Part shown: one piece after another, positions 1 through 13,120 of the stretch
Position numbering within the stretch: position 1 is the first letter of the stretch
How the letters are laid out: each line of letters opens with the position of its first letter
NCBI RefSeq assembly: GCF_006345805.1
Contig: NC_043017.1
Span: forward strand, 17,608,001-17,672,000
DNA length: 64,000 nucleotides
Source of the DNA: Octopus sinensis
Lineage: Eukaryota
Direction of reading: 5' to 3'
Notes under the pieces: generated by a model
Databases searched by the model: none
Told to the model about the DNA's origin: nothing
What the model saw: the letters and a program-made list of their open reading frames with translations, nothing else
Made by a program: the position numbers and the translations under genes

Positions 1-380
1 TCTGTCCAACTATAACCTTTTCATCATAACCTCCTCCAATGCCTCCTCCCCTATCAAAAGTTTTTGTCTTGCAAGTACTTGGTGACCCTGTTATTGCAGG
101 TGCCACTTAAAAAGCACCCAGTCCACACTGAAAAGTGGTTGGTGTTCGGAAGGGCATCCAGCTGTAAAAATCTTGCCAAAACTGACCTCGCCTGTGCTTG
201 TGCCACATAAAAAGCACTAGGTCCACTCAGCTGAGTGGTTGGTGCTAGGAAGGATAACCAGCTGTAAAAATCCTGCCAAAAACAACCACAAAAGTCAGGC
301 TTCGGCCTGGCTGGCTCTTGTGGTACCGTCCCACCTATGCTTGCATGGAACACAGACAGTAAATGATAATGATGATATAT

Positions 381-610
381 GGCGAGCTGGCAGAAATGTT
401 ACCACGCCGGGCGAAATTCGTAGCCGTATTTTGTCTGCCATTACGTTCTGAGTTCAAATTCCGCCGAGGTCGACTTTGCCTTTCATCCTTTCGGGGTCAA
501 TAAATTAAGGACCAGTTACGCACTGGGGTCGATGTGATCGACTTAATCCCTTTGTCTGACCTTCTTTGTCCCCTCTGTGTCTAGCCCCTTGTAGGTAGTA
601 AAGAAATAGA
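381..610 (+). mobile_element. tRNA-derived SINE family A (head ggcgagctggcagaa), representative copy
   Basis: Box A-like tggcagaaatgtt and box B gagttcaaattcc. Similar copies at about 9150-9340(-), 25912-26140(-), 32496-32730(+), 37190-37335(-), 40365-40555(-), 43360-43515(+), 45665-45870(+), 50206-50440(+), 50460-50670(-), 53415-53603(-), 57555-57760(+). Confidence 0.85.
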
Positions 611-1682
611 TATATGAAAGTAAAAAAGCATAAAAGTTTCCAATTAACAGTTTTACTGTAAAAATATTAGTGTGTGTGTGTGTGTGTGTGTGTGCATGCA
701 GGCACATGTGTGTGAGTGTATGTATGAAGAGAGAGAGAGAGAGAGTTATTTATACTAAATCCTTCAACCTTTATTCTTTTTGTAATTAATTGAAAAATAA
801 AAGAATCAACATATTCCTTCAGTTACAAATGATTTAAATAAAAAAATTCACCTACAAATTACTCTTTTATTCTTTTACTTGTTTCAGTCATTTGACTGCG
901 GCCATGCTGGAGCACCGCCTTTAGTCGAGCAAATCGACCCTGGGACTTATTCTTTGTAAGCCCAGAACTTATTCTATCAGTCTCTTTTGCCAAACCGCTA
1001 AGTTACGGGGACGTAAACACACCAGCATCGGTTGTCAAGCGATATTGGTGGGGACAAACACAGACACACACACATACATATGTATATATATATATATACA
1101 TATATACGACAGGCTTCTTTCAGTTTCCGTCTACTCTTTTATTCTTTTACTTGTTTCAGTCATTTGATTGCGGCCATGCTGGAGCACCGCCTTTAGTGGA
1201 GCAAATCGACCCCGGGACTTATTCTTTGTAAGCCCAGAACTTATTCAATCAGTCTCTTTTGCCGAACCGCTAAGTGACGGGGACGTAAACACACCAAGAT
1301 TAAACGAATTAACTTCAGAAATTAAGCGAAACAACTGCATGCCATTAGCCTATATTAAGATATCTGGAAATTTCCACAGGTTATTATTACATTATTATAT
1401 GACACATCATGCTTTTGTTGTTTTGTTCTTTTGTTATCTCTGCCATTATCTCAGTAACTATTATAATTTCCTTAGAAACCACATAGTCATTATTATTGCA
1501 GAACAAACTACACAACCGTTATATCTCAGAGACTATTATCACTTTGAAACCACACAATGCATCAAGCATATTTGTGATTTAAAAAAAAAATCTCAGCGTA
1601 ACATACTTTTAAATGTCTGAAATGAATTATTGTGTTAAGAAGATTATCATTTTACAGACTATTAATCTCATCTTTAGGGATT

Positions 1683-1782
1683 NNNNNNNNNNNNNNNNNN
1701 NNNNNNNNNNNNNNNNNNNNNNNNNNNNNNNNNNNNNNNNNNNNNNNNNNNNNNNNNNNNNNNNNNNNNNNNNNNNNNNNNN
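1683..1782. other. Assembly gap (100 N)
   Basis: Run of exactly 100 N, typical of a scaffold gap placeholder. Confidence 0.99.
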
Positions 1783-2225
1783 GTGATTGGAAGCAGCTGC
1801 AGCGCAGCAGTGGCTTTTTGTAGTATTAGGAGTAAATGTTTATTTTGAGGGTAAATTTAATTGGGCATCAATCCTAAAAATACTAGAAATATTTTTATTT
1901 GCCAACAAAAGATTTGGTTCAGTTTTATTGATTTCTGAAATGTTATTTTGTTTTATGTTTTGCTGTTGTTGTTTTGTTGCATTCTTTTAAAATGTTGCTA
2001 AGTAATTAACACTAAGAAAAAAAAGAAAAAAATTAATCTTCATCATTTGACCTTCCAAGGCTAATGATGGCTTTTAAAACCAAATCTTCTAGCAGGAATT
2101 TCTAAATATACATTTTAAGATCAAGGTATAAAAAATAACATGCTCACACACACACAACACAAACATCAATAGTGTCTCCTGTATGAATTCAAATCTTGCA
2201 AGCTATGTCTATGAAATATATATGC

Positions 2226-2268
<43 letters not shown>

Positions 2269-2962
2269 TAGATAGATAGATATATAGATGTGTGTTGATC
2301 TACTACATGTGTGGAAAATCGGTGTGTGTTTGTTTGTGGCATTGTTAGCTAACTCCTCCTACATTATTTTATTGATTTTGATGAAACTTGACACGTGAAT
2401 TGTTGGAAAAAAAAATCGATAATATGGCCCCTGGAAGGGATTTTTATATCTACCTCATGTAACTAATTTTTTTAAACACCCAAGGGAAATAACCCATAGC
2501 ACCTGCACAATATTTTTTTAAACACTCAAGGGAAATAACCCATAGCACCTGCACATACAGTTATTAGTTTTTAGCGAAGTGATTAATATTTGATTCTCAC
2601 AATCAGTGGACCTAATTCTGCATTTCACTATTCGCAGTTTTCAACTGCTAAACCTTATTATTGCACTTTCTTGATGCATGTACACTTTCAATGCCCATAA
2701 CTCCGATAATTCTGCGTTTTTCCAGTCATCAAGTCAAAAAGACACCAACAGACACACAATACACATACATACACAATACACATATACACACACCATGCAC
2801 CCACACATGCATGAAGGGCTTCTTTTGGTTTTCATCAACCAAATTCACTCATAGGTCTCTGATTGGCCCAGGGCTATAATAGAAGATACTTGTGCACAAG
2901 ATAATACACAATATGACTGAACCCCAAAACCATGTAGTTAGGAAGCAATATATATTTTCAAA

Positions 2963-3031
2963 GCATTCCTTTGGTTCGATGGTAGAATGCCTGACATATC
3001 TACAGGAAATGTAGGTTCAAGACCAATGGCA
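2963..3031 (+). pseudogene. Degenerate tRNA-like sequence (tRNA-Gly-like or SINE head)
   Basis: gcatt..tggttcgatggtagaat...ggttcaagaccaatggca resembles the eukaryotic tRNA-Gly outline; anticodon and T arms do not pair properly. Confidence 0.35.
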
Positions 3032-3246
3032 ACCTTTAACTTTTTTCTGTTCAAAAAGGTTTTTAACCAAACTTTTACATGCTATTAATTATAGTTTTAT
3101 CTACTTGAAAATCTGTAGTTAAAAAAGATGAATTATTTTATTTTCTTGTGAAGTTTCTAAATCCTTATGATGTAAAGAATATATACACAACAGCATTGTA
3201 GTCCACTTGAAGTATTGTATACAGAAGTAGAAAATAAAAGAAGAGA

Positions 3247-3557
3247 GAAATAAGGAAAGTTTCTGACAATGCTGAAAGTTTTACAAAAAGCCCTTTATAT
3301 TTCAGATGCAAAGACCTATTTTCAGGAGAAAGCAGTCAAAAATATGTTTTACATAGATTTGATTATTTTAAATTGCTCGTCATTTGAAGAGTTGCTGCTG
3401 CTGCTAACCCAAACTCTGAGCAGTTTAAAATAATGGAATCTATGTATTGATTCCATTGACTGCTTCCTTCTGAAGACGGGCTTTTGCACTCAAAATATAT
3501 AGGATTTTTTTTTTGTTTTGTAAACTTTTCTGCGTTGTTAGAAGCTTTCCTTATTTC
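3247..3557. mobile_element. Palindromic dimer of a short HHR-bearing unit (diverged)
   Basis: 3247-3378 is the reverse complement of about 3418-3557 (roughly 80% identity). HHR motifs at 3291-3330(-) and 3465-3504(+). Confidence 0.75.
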
Positions 3558-3801
3558 ATTTTGTTTTTCATCATCAATAAATATATAAGAAAGAGAGATG
3601 ACAAAGGAATAAATGATTAAGGCCCTCAACTATGGGTCCCCTGCATCTTATAACAGAAACACCTATAAGCTAATGAAGTTCAATATATACAAAGGGGGAC
3701 ACAAAAGAAACCGGAATTTTGCAATATTATTTTATTCACTTAGTTTTACAGGTTTATACTTTTATCACCTTCAAAGTGTCTACCTGGGGGGTGGGGAAAT
3801 G

Positions 3802-4886
3802 TTAGAGTATGTTGAGTTGTGGTCTATATTTTTGAATAAGATTATTTTCCCTATTTAATTGTGTTTGGTCAGTGGTGTTATCTGGGCTTTGGTATAGTGG
3901 GAAAACAAGGAATTTGTGGGACTTCTTTTGTGCACAGAGATCTAAGTGACAACTAAGTGGTATTTGTCTTGTGGTGGGTCCCTCAATTGTTGGTGGTGGA
4001 CTGTCATTCTTTCTCTGAGGGGTAAGACTTGTTTGCCCTCTGTAATATTTGTGGCACCTTTCACACCTTATGGCATAAAGTAAATTCTTTGATGTGCAAG
4101 TGGAGTTATTTTTTATGACAAAAGTGTGTCCCGACTATAATTTGTATATTGTTCCTTCAATGAGGTGGATGCAAGTCCTGCAGTTAGAACGACCACATTT
4201 TTTGACGGTGCGTGGTGGGCTAGTGTTAGGTAATTTTGCATTGGTGAGTAAGTTTTTTGGGGATTGGGGTTGTCTTTTGCTTTTTATTATTTTATGGGTT
4301 GCTAGTACTTTTTTTAGACATGGGTCTCGATTCAGCTGTGGGATGTTCTTGTATATAATTGTGTAAGCTTCTGCATTTCTTGGATTGTGTGTTGAGAGAT
4401 ATGGGAGACTATTTAATGTACCTTGAGTGTGTTTTGGTTTTTGTAAGTCTTGGGTAGCGATTGTCTTGGCCCGCTCTATTCCATTGTTAACTAATGATGC
4501 TGGGGAATGTCTTTCGAGAAGAATTGGAGTCTTTTATTTTGTGTTCTATAATTTGAGACAATTGTACAGATTCTTCTCACTAGGTTGAAGGGGATGTTTG
4601 TCTTCATGTGCTTTGGGTGACTGGAGGTGAACAGAAGGTATTATTTGGAATCATTTGGTTTGTAGTGGATATCAATTTCAATGTTGGTGCTTTTTTTTTA
4701 TAATAAGTACGTCAAGAAAAGGAAGTTGGTCTTGACTATATTCCATTGTAAACTGGATATGGTTGTTGACACTGTTGATTAAATTTTTGAAGTCATTGAG
4801 TTGGTCGAGTGTGTGGGACCATAGGATGAGGCAATCATCCAAGTAGCATTTCCAATTCTCCAACAGGTATTTGTGGAAAGACAGGC
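3802..4886 (-). mobile_element. Penelope-like retroelement, 5'-truncated RT + GIY-YIG endonuclease pseudogene
   Basis: Minus-strand translation gives RT motifs WKCYLDDCLILW and QLPFLDVLII, then KNLLYAIRCERCHKYYRGQTSL / TLRERMTVHHQQL ... RENNLIQKYRPQLNIL*, with frameshifts. Confidence 0.9.
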
Positions 4887-5502
4887 CACACACTCGACCA
4901 ACTCAATGATTTCAAAAATATAAATTCACAACACATCATTCATATATATATATATATATGAAAGAAGGTTTAAAAATGCAATAACTTATAGAGATATTTA
5001 TTGACTTGACCAGTTTCACTTTTTTAGAAAAAGAGATGCGAGTTCAGTTAGGTATTAATTATAACTAAAGTTAATACCTAACTGGACTTGCGTCTCTTTT
5101 TCTCATAAGGATAAATATGAATCTCCTAGATTCTGTTCTGCAATTTCCTTTCTCAATTTCTTTGTAAAAATTTTGTTTATACTTCTTGCAGTGAAGAGGA
5201 CATTGATATATAATTAATTTATTTAATTAATTTAATTTAATTCAATTATGAATTTGCATTATTTTTATATCTCTGTATGAAACGATTGTTTGGATGAATT
5301 AAAATTCTCTTATATATTTTAACATCTTCTCTTCTCAATTTTTAACTAAATTGTTGAGTTTTACGAGATTTCTTTCCATAAATTCATCACACATCATATA
5401 CAAGTATTATTTGCATATTCACAAATTTACGCCTGTAAACTACCAGCAAAATATGAAGAATCAATATTAGAAATCTTTTTTGGAAACCTCCAAATTAAAG
5501 GA

Positions 5503-5542
<40 letters not shown>

Positions 5543-5553
5543 TATATATAAAC

Positions 5554-5835
5554 ACTTATAACAAAGGCAAAATAAAAATTCTAATGCCAATATGCCGAAA
5601 ATAGACAAATTGTCAATAACCATATAATTTATCACTATAGTGATAAATTATATGGTTATTGACAATTTGTCTATTTTATTATATGGTTATTGACAATTTG
5701 TCTATTTTCGGCATATTTGGCATTAGAAATTTTTCTTTTGCCCTTGTTTATAAGTTTAACCTTTAAAGGTATTATTTAATATGCTGGTCATTGAAAAAAA
5801 TTTTTTTTTTAAATTTTATCCTATATTAGATGTAT
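5554..5835 (+). repeat. (TA)n-flanked repeat unit with loop-less 5' palindrome
   Basis: Palindrome centred on tcactatagtga (5632-5643); 31-bp tandem duplication at 5647-5677/5678-5708. Second family copy at about 40165-40319(-). Confidence 0.85.
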
Positions 5836-5837
5836 AT

Positions 5838-5875
<38 letters not shown>

Positions 5876-6232
5876 GCTGTGCAGTAGGAATCCACTGTAT
5901 GATACCTTGAGCAAGTATTTTCTGCTATAGCCTTGGGCCAACCAAGGCTTTGTGGGTGGATTTGGTGGATGGAAACTGAAAGAAGCCTATTGTACATGTA
6001 TATATCTATGTGTGTGTCTTTGTCTCCCACCACTGTTTGAAAACTCCTGTTGGTGTGTTTATGTCCCTAAAACTTACTAGTTCATCAAAGAGTCTGATAG
6101 AATAAGTACCAGCCTTAAAAAAAAAGTCCTGGGGTCAATTTGTTTTCAACACAGAAGAAACCCTTCAAGGCACTAGCATGGCTGCAGTCAAATGACAAGC
6201 AAAATCAACGATAAAAGTGTGTGTGTGTGTGT

Positions 6233-6299
<67 letters not shown>

Positions 6300-7019
6300 G
6301 TGTTTATTTATTAGTTGAGCACAAAACAGATTATCCACGTAACAGAATAAACCCTACAATTGTGTTATAGCTGTGACAGTCCACTCCATTTCTTTTTCAT
6401 TTTAATTTTGCTTTTCATACAAGGACTACATGAGCCAATGTGTCCTTTTTTTAATACATTAACGTGTGCTTTGAAGAACAGTTGGCTGTAATTTCTAAAG
6501 CAGGTTACAACCTGCTTAAGAAGTTACTGCACTGCAGCTACCCACCCACTGGTTTGTATGAATGAAACATGTATATAAATATATGAAGTTAAAAGAAAAA
6601 GTATTTTGAGATACTGTTAAGTAAATCTCTTTGTAATAAATGGCATAACCATATGAAATAGGTTCATACAAAGAAAACATTTGACAACCCAAACATGTCA
6701 TGATACAACATAAAAGACTAACAGCATTTCAATGGTGTTACTCATGTACAAGGAACTTGTTGAGGCTCCTGAGTTCTTTAACAATTCATACACCACACAC
6801 ACACACACATACACACCTACATACATGGATGGATATATATATATATATAATATGCACAGATGCAGCATGGAATTTGTCATTGAACAGGTCATGGTGTCGA
6901 AGCAACGAAAATATTTTGGCAAATTAAATTTAAATGTTGAAGTGAATCTAATGGTTTATATATATATATATCATCAAACATCTGTTTTCCGATAAGTGAG
7001 TAAATATAATAATAATAAT

Positions 7020-7204
7020 GAAATTATTGTTATACATTGCTCAGGTGCACCACAATTTGTCAAAAGTGTGTATAAAGCATATGTAGTAAAGTACAAATAT
7101 CTGGGAAGTGAACAGTGTATGAGTCAGATATATGCTTGCGTGTGTATGGAGGGGAGAAAATCAGGTGTAGTGTTGGCGAATCTCAGAAAGCATGGAAGTT
7201 TTGA

Positions 7205-7205
<1 letters not shown>
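7020..7205 (-). mobile_element. CR1-like LINE 3' end fragment
   Basis: Matches the 3' ends at 8550-8895(+) and 38205-38660(-), including the (att)n tail. Confidence 0.75.
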
Positions 7206-7252
<47 letters not shown>

Positions 7253-8298
7253 TAATATATATATATATATATATCATTCCTTTATTCTTTCACTAGTTTC
7301 CAGTCATTTGACTGCAGCCATGCTGGATCACCACCTCGCAGGGATTTTGTTGAACAATTGACCCAGGACTTTTTTTTTTTTCTACAGCTTGGTACTTATT
7401 CTATCAGTCTGTTTTGTCGAACTGCTAAGTTATGGGGACATAAGCACACCAACAGCAGTTATCAAGAGATGATGGGGAGACAGACAGACAGACACACACA
7501 CACACACACATACATGATGGGCTTTCAGTTTTTATCTACCAAATCCACTCACAAGGCTTTGGTTGGCCCAAGGCTGTAATAGTAGAAGACACTTGCCCAA
7601 GGTGCAACACAGTGGGATTGAAGCCAGAGCCATGTGGTTGGGAAGCAAGTTTCTTACCGCACAGCCATGTTATATATATAACATGTACATATAAATATGT
7701 GTGTGTGTGTATATGCGACTGGTAGTTCAAGATTTCAAAATTTCTCAGGTGAGCAGCTAAAAATAACTTCAGACTTTCTTTTTAACAGTGATGGTGGGGA
7801 CATGACTGAGATTGAGGTGTGTACTTACATGTCAATCTTGATCAAAAGATAGACAGTGGTTTGGGTGGGTGGACAATCTCAGAGTTCAACCAGTGGTGAG
7901 AGCAGTGAATAAAATTAAAAATCTTTTGAAGCTTTTTCTAATTAATTTTCACCTTTTGTTTATATTATTTAACCCTGGGTTAACCTTCATTGAGCAGGTT
8001 ATACAATCAAAGCCATTCCCATCACGATGGAAGGTGGTTTTTATCCCACTTATTTTTTCAGTTTCCTTTCTCTATACATGTATGATCAGTGCTTTCTTAA
8101 AGGAAGCACATAGCACTCTGGGCAGTTATCTGGGAGCTCCATAGGCTTAGAGATCTTGCGGGACCAATTGTATACTGAGACATAATCTAGGTTGTGTATG
8201 TAGGGACCCCCTCCCCCAGTGCTCCGCTTTGTCTGGGAACAGTCTATAATACAGTTAAGATGGTCCTAAGAATGATGGGACAGAAATGACAGCATTAA

Positions 8299-8519
8299 CC
8301 CTTTCGTTACCAACCCGGCTGAAACCGACTCTGGCTCTGAGTACAAATGTCTTGTTTCCATAAGTTTTGAATTAAAATCTTCTACCAAACCTTAGTCACA
8401 ATTAATGTTCCTAACACTAGCTGAATGATAACTAAGTTATTTCACTAAATTCTTTGTTATATTTAAAATTAATTGAAAGAAACAGAGAGCACCTCAAAAT
8501 AAATACAGTAACGAATGGG
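8299..8519. mobile_element. piggyBac-type MITE
   Basis: TTAA|ccctttcgttac ... gtaacgaatggg|TTAA. Confidence 0.85.
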
Positions 8520-8549
8520 TTAAAAGGACTCAGGGAGTGGCACACACTG

Positions 8550-8895
8550 AAGTTTGTTTTCATATATTGAGATAGATCTCAAAGTTATCAACCACCTCAC
8601 CAACAACAACACTGAACACCTTTTTGATCTCCATGTGTCTAACACATGTGGACATGCCTACAAAGTCAGAAAACAACACAGCTCCCATGACTTTCGGAAA
8701 CATTTTTTCACGCTCAGAGTTGCTGAAGCATGGAATAAACTGCCTGCGTCAGTTGTTGACTGCCATGACACTGCATCCTTTAAGGCCCTCATGCTCTCCG
8801 AAATCCGCCGAAACTACACCTGATTATATATACACTTTAGATGAGTTGTAGTGCACCTGAGCACTGTACACAATTATTATTATTATTATTATTAT
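8550..8895 (+). mobile_element. CR1-like LINE 3' end
   Basis: NTCGHAYKVRKQHSSHDFRKHFFTLRVAEAWNKLP, typical of the CR1 ORF2 C-terminus; (att)n tail. Confidence 0.85.
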
Positions 8896-11023
8896 TATCT
8901 GCGTAAGGAAAGGAAGACTGAAAATTTTGGCCAGGATAAGTGCAGACTTCAAGGTGCACTGCTTGAGAATAAGGGAAGGAACGCATCCACTTGTTGAGTC
9001 GGAACAATCAGAAATATTTACACATTTCTTGTGATAACTTTAGGAGAGAGCCATTTTGATAATAACCAGCTGATGCCATTAAGCAGAAGCATCTGATAAC
9101 AATAACTGGTTGATAATACTGATTTCTAAATTTGACACAAGGCCAGCAAGTTTGGAGGAGTGGAGTTAGTCAATTACTTCAACCTCGGTATTTAACTGGT
9201 ACTTATTTTATCAACCCCAAAAGGATGAAAGGCAAAGCAGATCTCAGCAGAATTTGAACTCAGAACCTAATGATGGGGAAAATGTTTAGTAGCATTTTAT
9301 CCAGCATGCTAACAATTCTGCCAGCTCACTACCTTAAACTGATTGATAATATTAATTCTGATTATAATAAGCAACTTCCACAGAATGTATGTGTGTATGT
9401 GTGAGAGAGAGAGGACGCATAGCCTAGTGGTTAGGGTGTTGCATTCACAATCGTGAGATCATGGTTTCAATTCATTCCTAGACTGGGTGGTGCATTGTGT
9501 TCCTGAACAAAACGTTTCATCTCATATTGCTCTGCGATCACTTTGACACCTGGCACATGGCACACTGTGCACCTATACAGGCAAATGATGATTTGGTGGA
9601 GTGAGTGAGCTAATTTTACTACACAATAATTTGATCACTATAAAGAAATCATTTGTGCAGGTCATTCAGTAAAAATGCTCAACACTGATATATCGTCTTC
9701 AATGGGAGAATCCATCATGTATGTGTATATATAAATTCTGTTGAGACCAGTAAGAAACAATTATGAACTTTTTTATTACACTTAACTTTTTAAAATATTT
9801 TTGATAAGGTTCGTTTTTTCAAGAAGAACCCAAAACATGTAAAATTTCTAAGAAAATTAAAATTTATCTTATATAGTGGCGTTTTCAAACTTCTTTTTTA
9901 TAAATATATACCCACTCGTATATGATCTACATTTATTATATATATATATATATATATATATATTAATGAGTGGACAAATGAAAGAAAAAGTCAATCAACA
10001 CATTTAGTAGGAGTTTTGAACCAAATCAAAATGTTTTAAATAATAACACACACACACACATATATCACCTGTGCTGGTGGCACGTAAAAAAAACCCACTA
10101 CATTCTTGGAGTGGTTAGTGTTAGGAAGGGCATCCAGCTGTAGAAATGCTGCCAAATCAGATAGGACCCTGGTGCAGCTCCCCAGCCTACCAGTTTTCAG
10201 TTAAACCATCCAACCCATGTCAGCATAGAAAATGGACGTTAAATGATGACACCACACACACACACACACATATACATACCATGTATGTATGTATGGCGTA
10301 TATAGACTGTTACATGGAAGCTAAATAGAGCAGACTTACAAATATTTGATCTCTATTAATCCACCAACCATCATCACCACCACCACCACAACTACCACTG
10401 TCATTACAATTACTACCATTATGACCACCACCACCACCACCACCACCACTACTCCTAATACAACCTGATTCTTGCCCTTCTATTTTCTTCATCGAGGAAT
10501 AATAAATCCTGCCAGAACAGGTGAGATAATCTGTTGTGCTAATGTCATCCACAATCACTAAATCATTAAGCAGCCAGCCAGCTAAGCAGCCTGCCATTCC
10601 AAGGTCAACAGGGAGATGGGAGAGGAGAGACCGGGAGGGGGGGGGGGAATTGGCATAGTCCTATGACTTAGAAAGGGGATCTCATTGCCATATTAAAGGC
10701 GAAGGGGTCTGGTTGCTATGGTAAAGGTAAAAGAGCGGTAACAAGAATTACTATGTCTATAAATCCCTCTGCTTCTTTTATTGTTTTGTTAAAATGTAAA
10801 TAAATCCCATTGGGCAGCACCTTTGGCAAGTGTCTTCTAATATAGCCGCAGATGGAAACCATGTGAAAGCCAGTCTGTCTGTGCGTCGCAACCACATGGT
10901 TCCGGTTTCAGTCCCACTGCATGGCACCTTGGGCAAGTGTCTTCTACTGTAGCTTTGGGCTGGCCAAAGCCTTGTGAGTGGATTTGGTATACTGAAACTG
11001 AAAGAAGGCCATCATAAATCTAT

Positions 11024-11114
<91 letters not shown>

Positions 11115-11651
11115 GTGTGTGTGTGTGTATTTGTACCCCACCACCTGACAACTAGTGTTGGTGTGTTTACATCCCCATAACTTAGTGCTTCAACATAAGA
11201 GACTGATAGAATAAGTACTAGGCTTTAAAAAAAAAAGTCCTGCAGTTAATTCGTTCAACTAAAAATCCTTCAAGGTTTTTCATTCAATTGACTAAAACAT
11301 GTAAAAGATATCTGTGTTTGTGTATGTGTATATATGGAGGCACATGGCTTAGTGATTAGGATGTTGGACTCATGATCAAAAGATTGTGGTTTCAATTCCT
11401 GGACTGGGCAATACATTGTGTTCTTGAGCAAAACACTTTATTTCACATTGCTCCAGTCCACTGTCAAACAGTGTATATATTACCCCATCCACTGGGATCA
11501 TATATACACCACAAAATCTGGAACTAGCCTTACAAGTGTCTATATGACTCGAGAAATGGCTTTATACATTTATATATCTTTCATCTTTAACTTGTTTCAG
11601 TCATTAAGCTATATCACCTTGTGAAGAATTTTTAGCTGAATGTATCAACCC

Positions 11652-12057
11652 TACTCTCTTTTACTCTTTTACTTGTTTCAGTCATTTGACTGCGGCCATG
11701 CTGGAGCACCGCCTTTAGTCGAGCAAATCGACCCTGGGACTTATTCTTTGTAAGCCCAGTACTTATTCTATCGGTCTCTTTTGCCGAACCGCTAAGTGAC
11801 GGGGACGTAAACACACCAGCATCGGTTGTCAGGCAATGCTAGGGGGACAAACACAAACACACACACACACACACATATATATATACATATATACGACAGG
11901 CTTCTTTCAGTTTCTGCCTACCAAATCCACTCACAAGGCATTGGTCGGCCCAGGGCTATAGTAGAAGACACTTGCCCAAGATGCCACGCAGTGGGACTGA
12001 ACCCAGAACCATGTGGTTGGTTAGCAGTCTACTTACCACACAGCCACTCCTGCGCCT
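11652..12057 (-). mobile_element. tRNA-derived SINE family B (head aggcgcaggagtggctgtgtggtaag, internal (TA/CA)n, tail (gagtaaaa)n), representative copy
   Basis: Pol III A/B boxes and accttgggcaagt central motif on the minus strand. Other copies at about 862-1295(-, tandem partial), 7275-7670(-), 22455-22892(+), 26976-27372(-), 35870-36540(-), 38720-39110(-), 56933-57296(-), 62632-63057(-). Confidence 0.88.
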
Positions 12058-12299
12058 ACTACTTATTTTTTTTTTCAGTTAGGTGCTTATTCTACCAGTG
12101 GTAGGGACACACACATATGTATATACACATATATACAATGGGCTTCTTTCAGTTTCTGTCTACCAAATCCACTCACAAGCATTGGTCAGCTTGAACTTAT
12201 AACACAAGACACTTCCCCAAGTGCCATGCAGTGGAACTGAAACTGGAATCATGTGGTTGGGAAGCAAGTTTCTTACCACACAACCCTGTAAGAAATCCA

Positions 12300-12342
<43 letters not shown>

Positions 12343-13076
12343 TATATATGTGTGTTTGTCATCTACCAACTGCTTGACAACAAGTCCACATAACTTAGTG
12401 GTTTGGCAAATAAGACTGACAGAATAATTACCACACTTAAAAAATAAGTACTGTGTTCAGTTTGTTCAACTACTTTCAAGCTGTTGTTCCAACATGGTTG
12501 TAGTCCAATGACTGAGACAAGTAAAAGATAAACAATAAGACATATACACACACACAGATTGTTGTACAAACAATTGATTTTTCTTTTTCCCTGTTTAATC
12601 ACATATCTACGTATATACTGACATTACACATCACAGAAGTTATAATGCTATAGTGTTGTCACTCACAAATGCAATAAGCAGGTGGTTAGTGTGTATGTCT
12701 GTGAATTGTAGTGCACGTGTGTGCGAGTCTATGTGCTATAGTGTACAATTGTCTGTGTGTGTATACGTGTGTATTTACAAGCATATGCAGGGGAAACATA
12801 CATAATTGCATGAGCAGTTCTCTTTTGTATGTGCGTATATCATGTGCATGGAGTGCAGAAACATGTGACTGCACGTACATAACTATGTGTAAATGTATGT
12901 GCAGATGCTTGCAGGGACAGATGGTTACATATATGTAGTTTCTTCTAAGTATATATGCACATGTATATATATATGTACATCCATACACCTGTATATGTCT
13001 ATAGCAGAAAACCTATTAAGTACATATCTATATTCTACTGATGACAAAAGGTAAAAGTACAAATACTGTCCCAGTT

Positions 13077-13120
<44 letters not shown>

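Noticed and set aside
3363-3629. 88-aa minus-strand ORF, and a pre-miRNA reading of the central hairpin
   Set aside because: Both lie within the larger HHR palindrome 3247-3557, which explains them.
7789-7816. Plus-strand micro-exon (DGGDMTEIE)
   Set aside because: Good acceptor but weak donor, and no linked exons.
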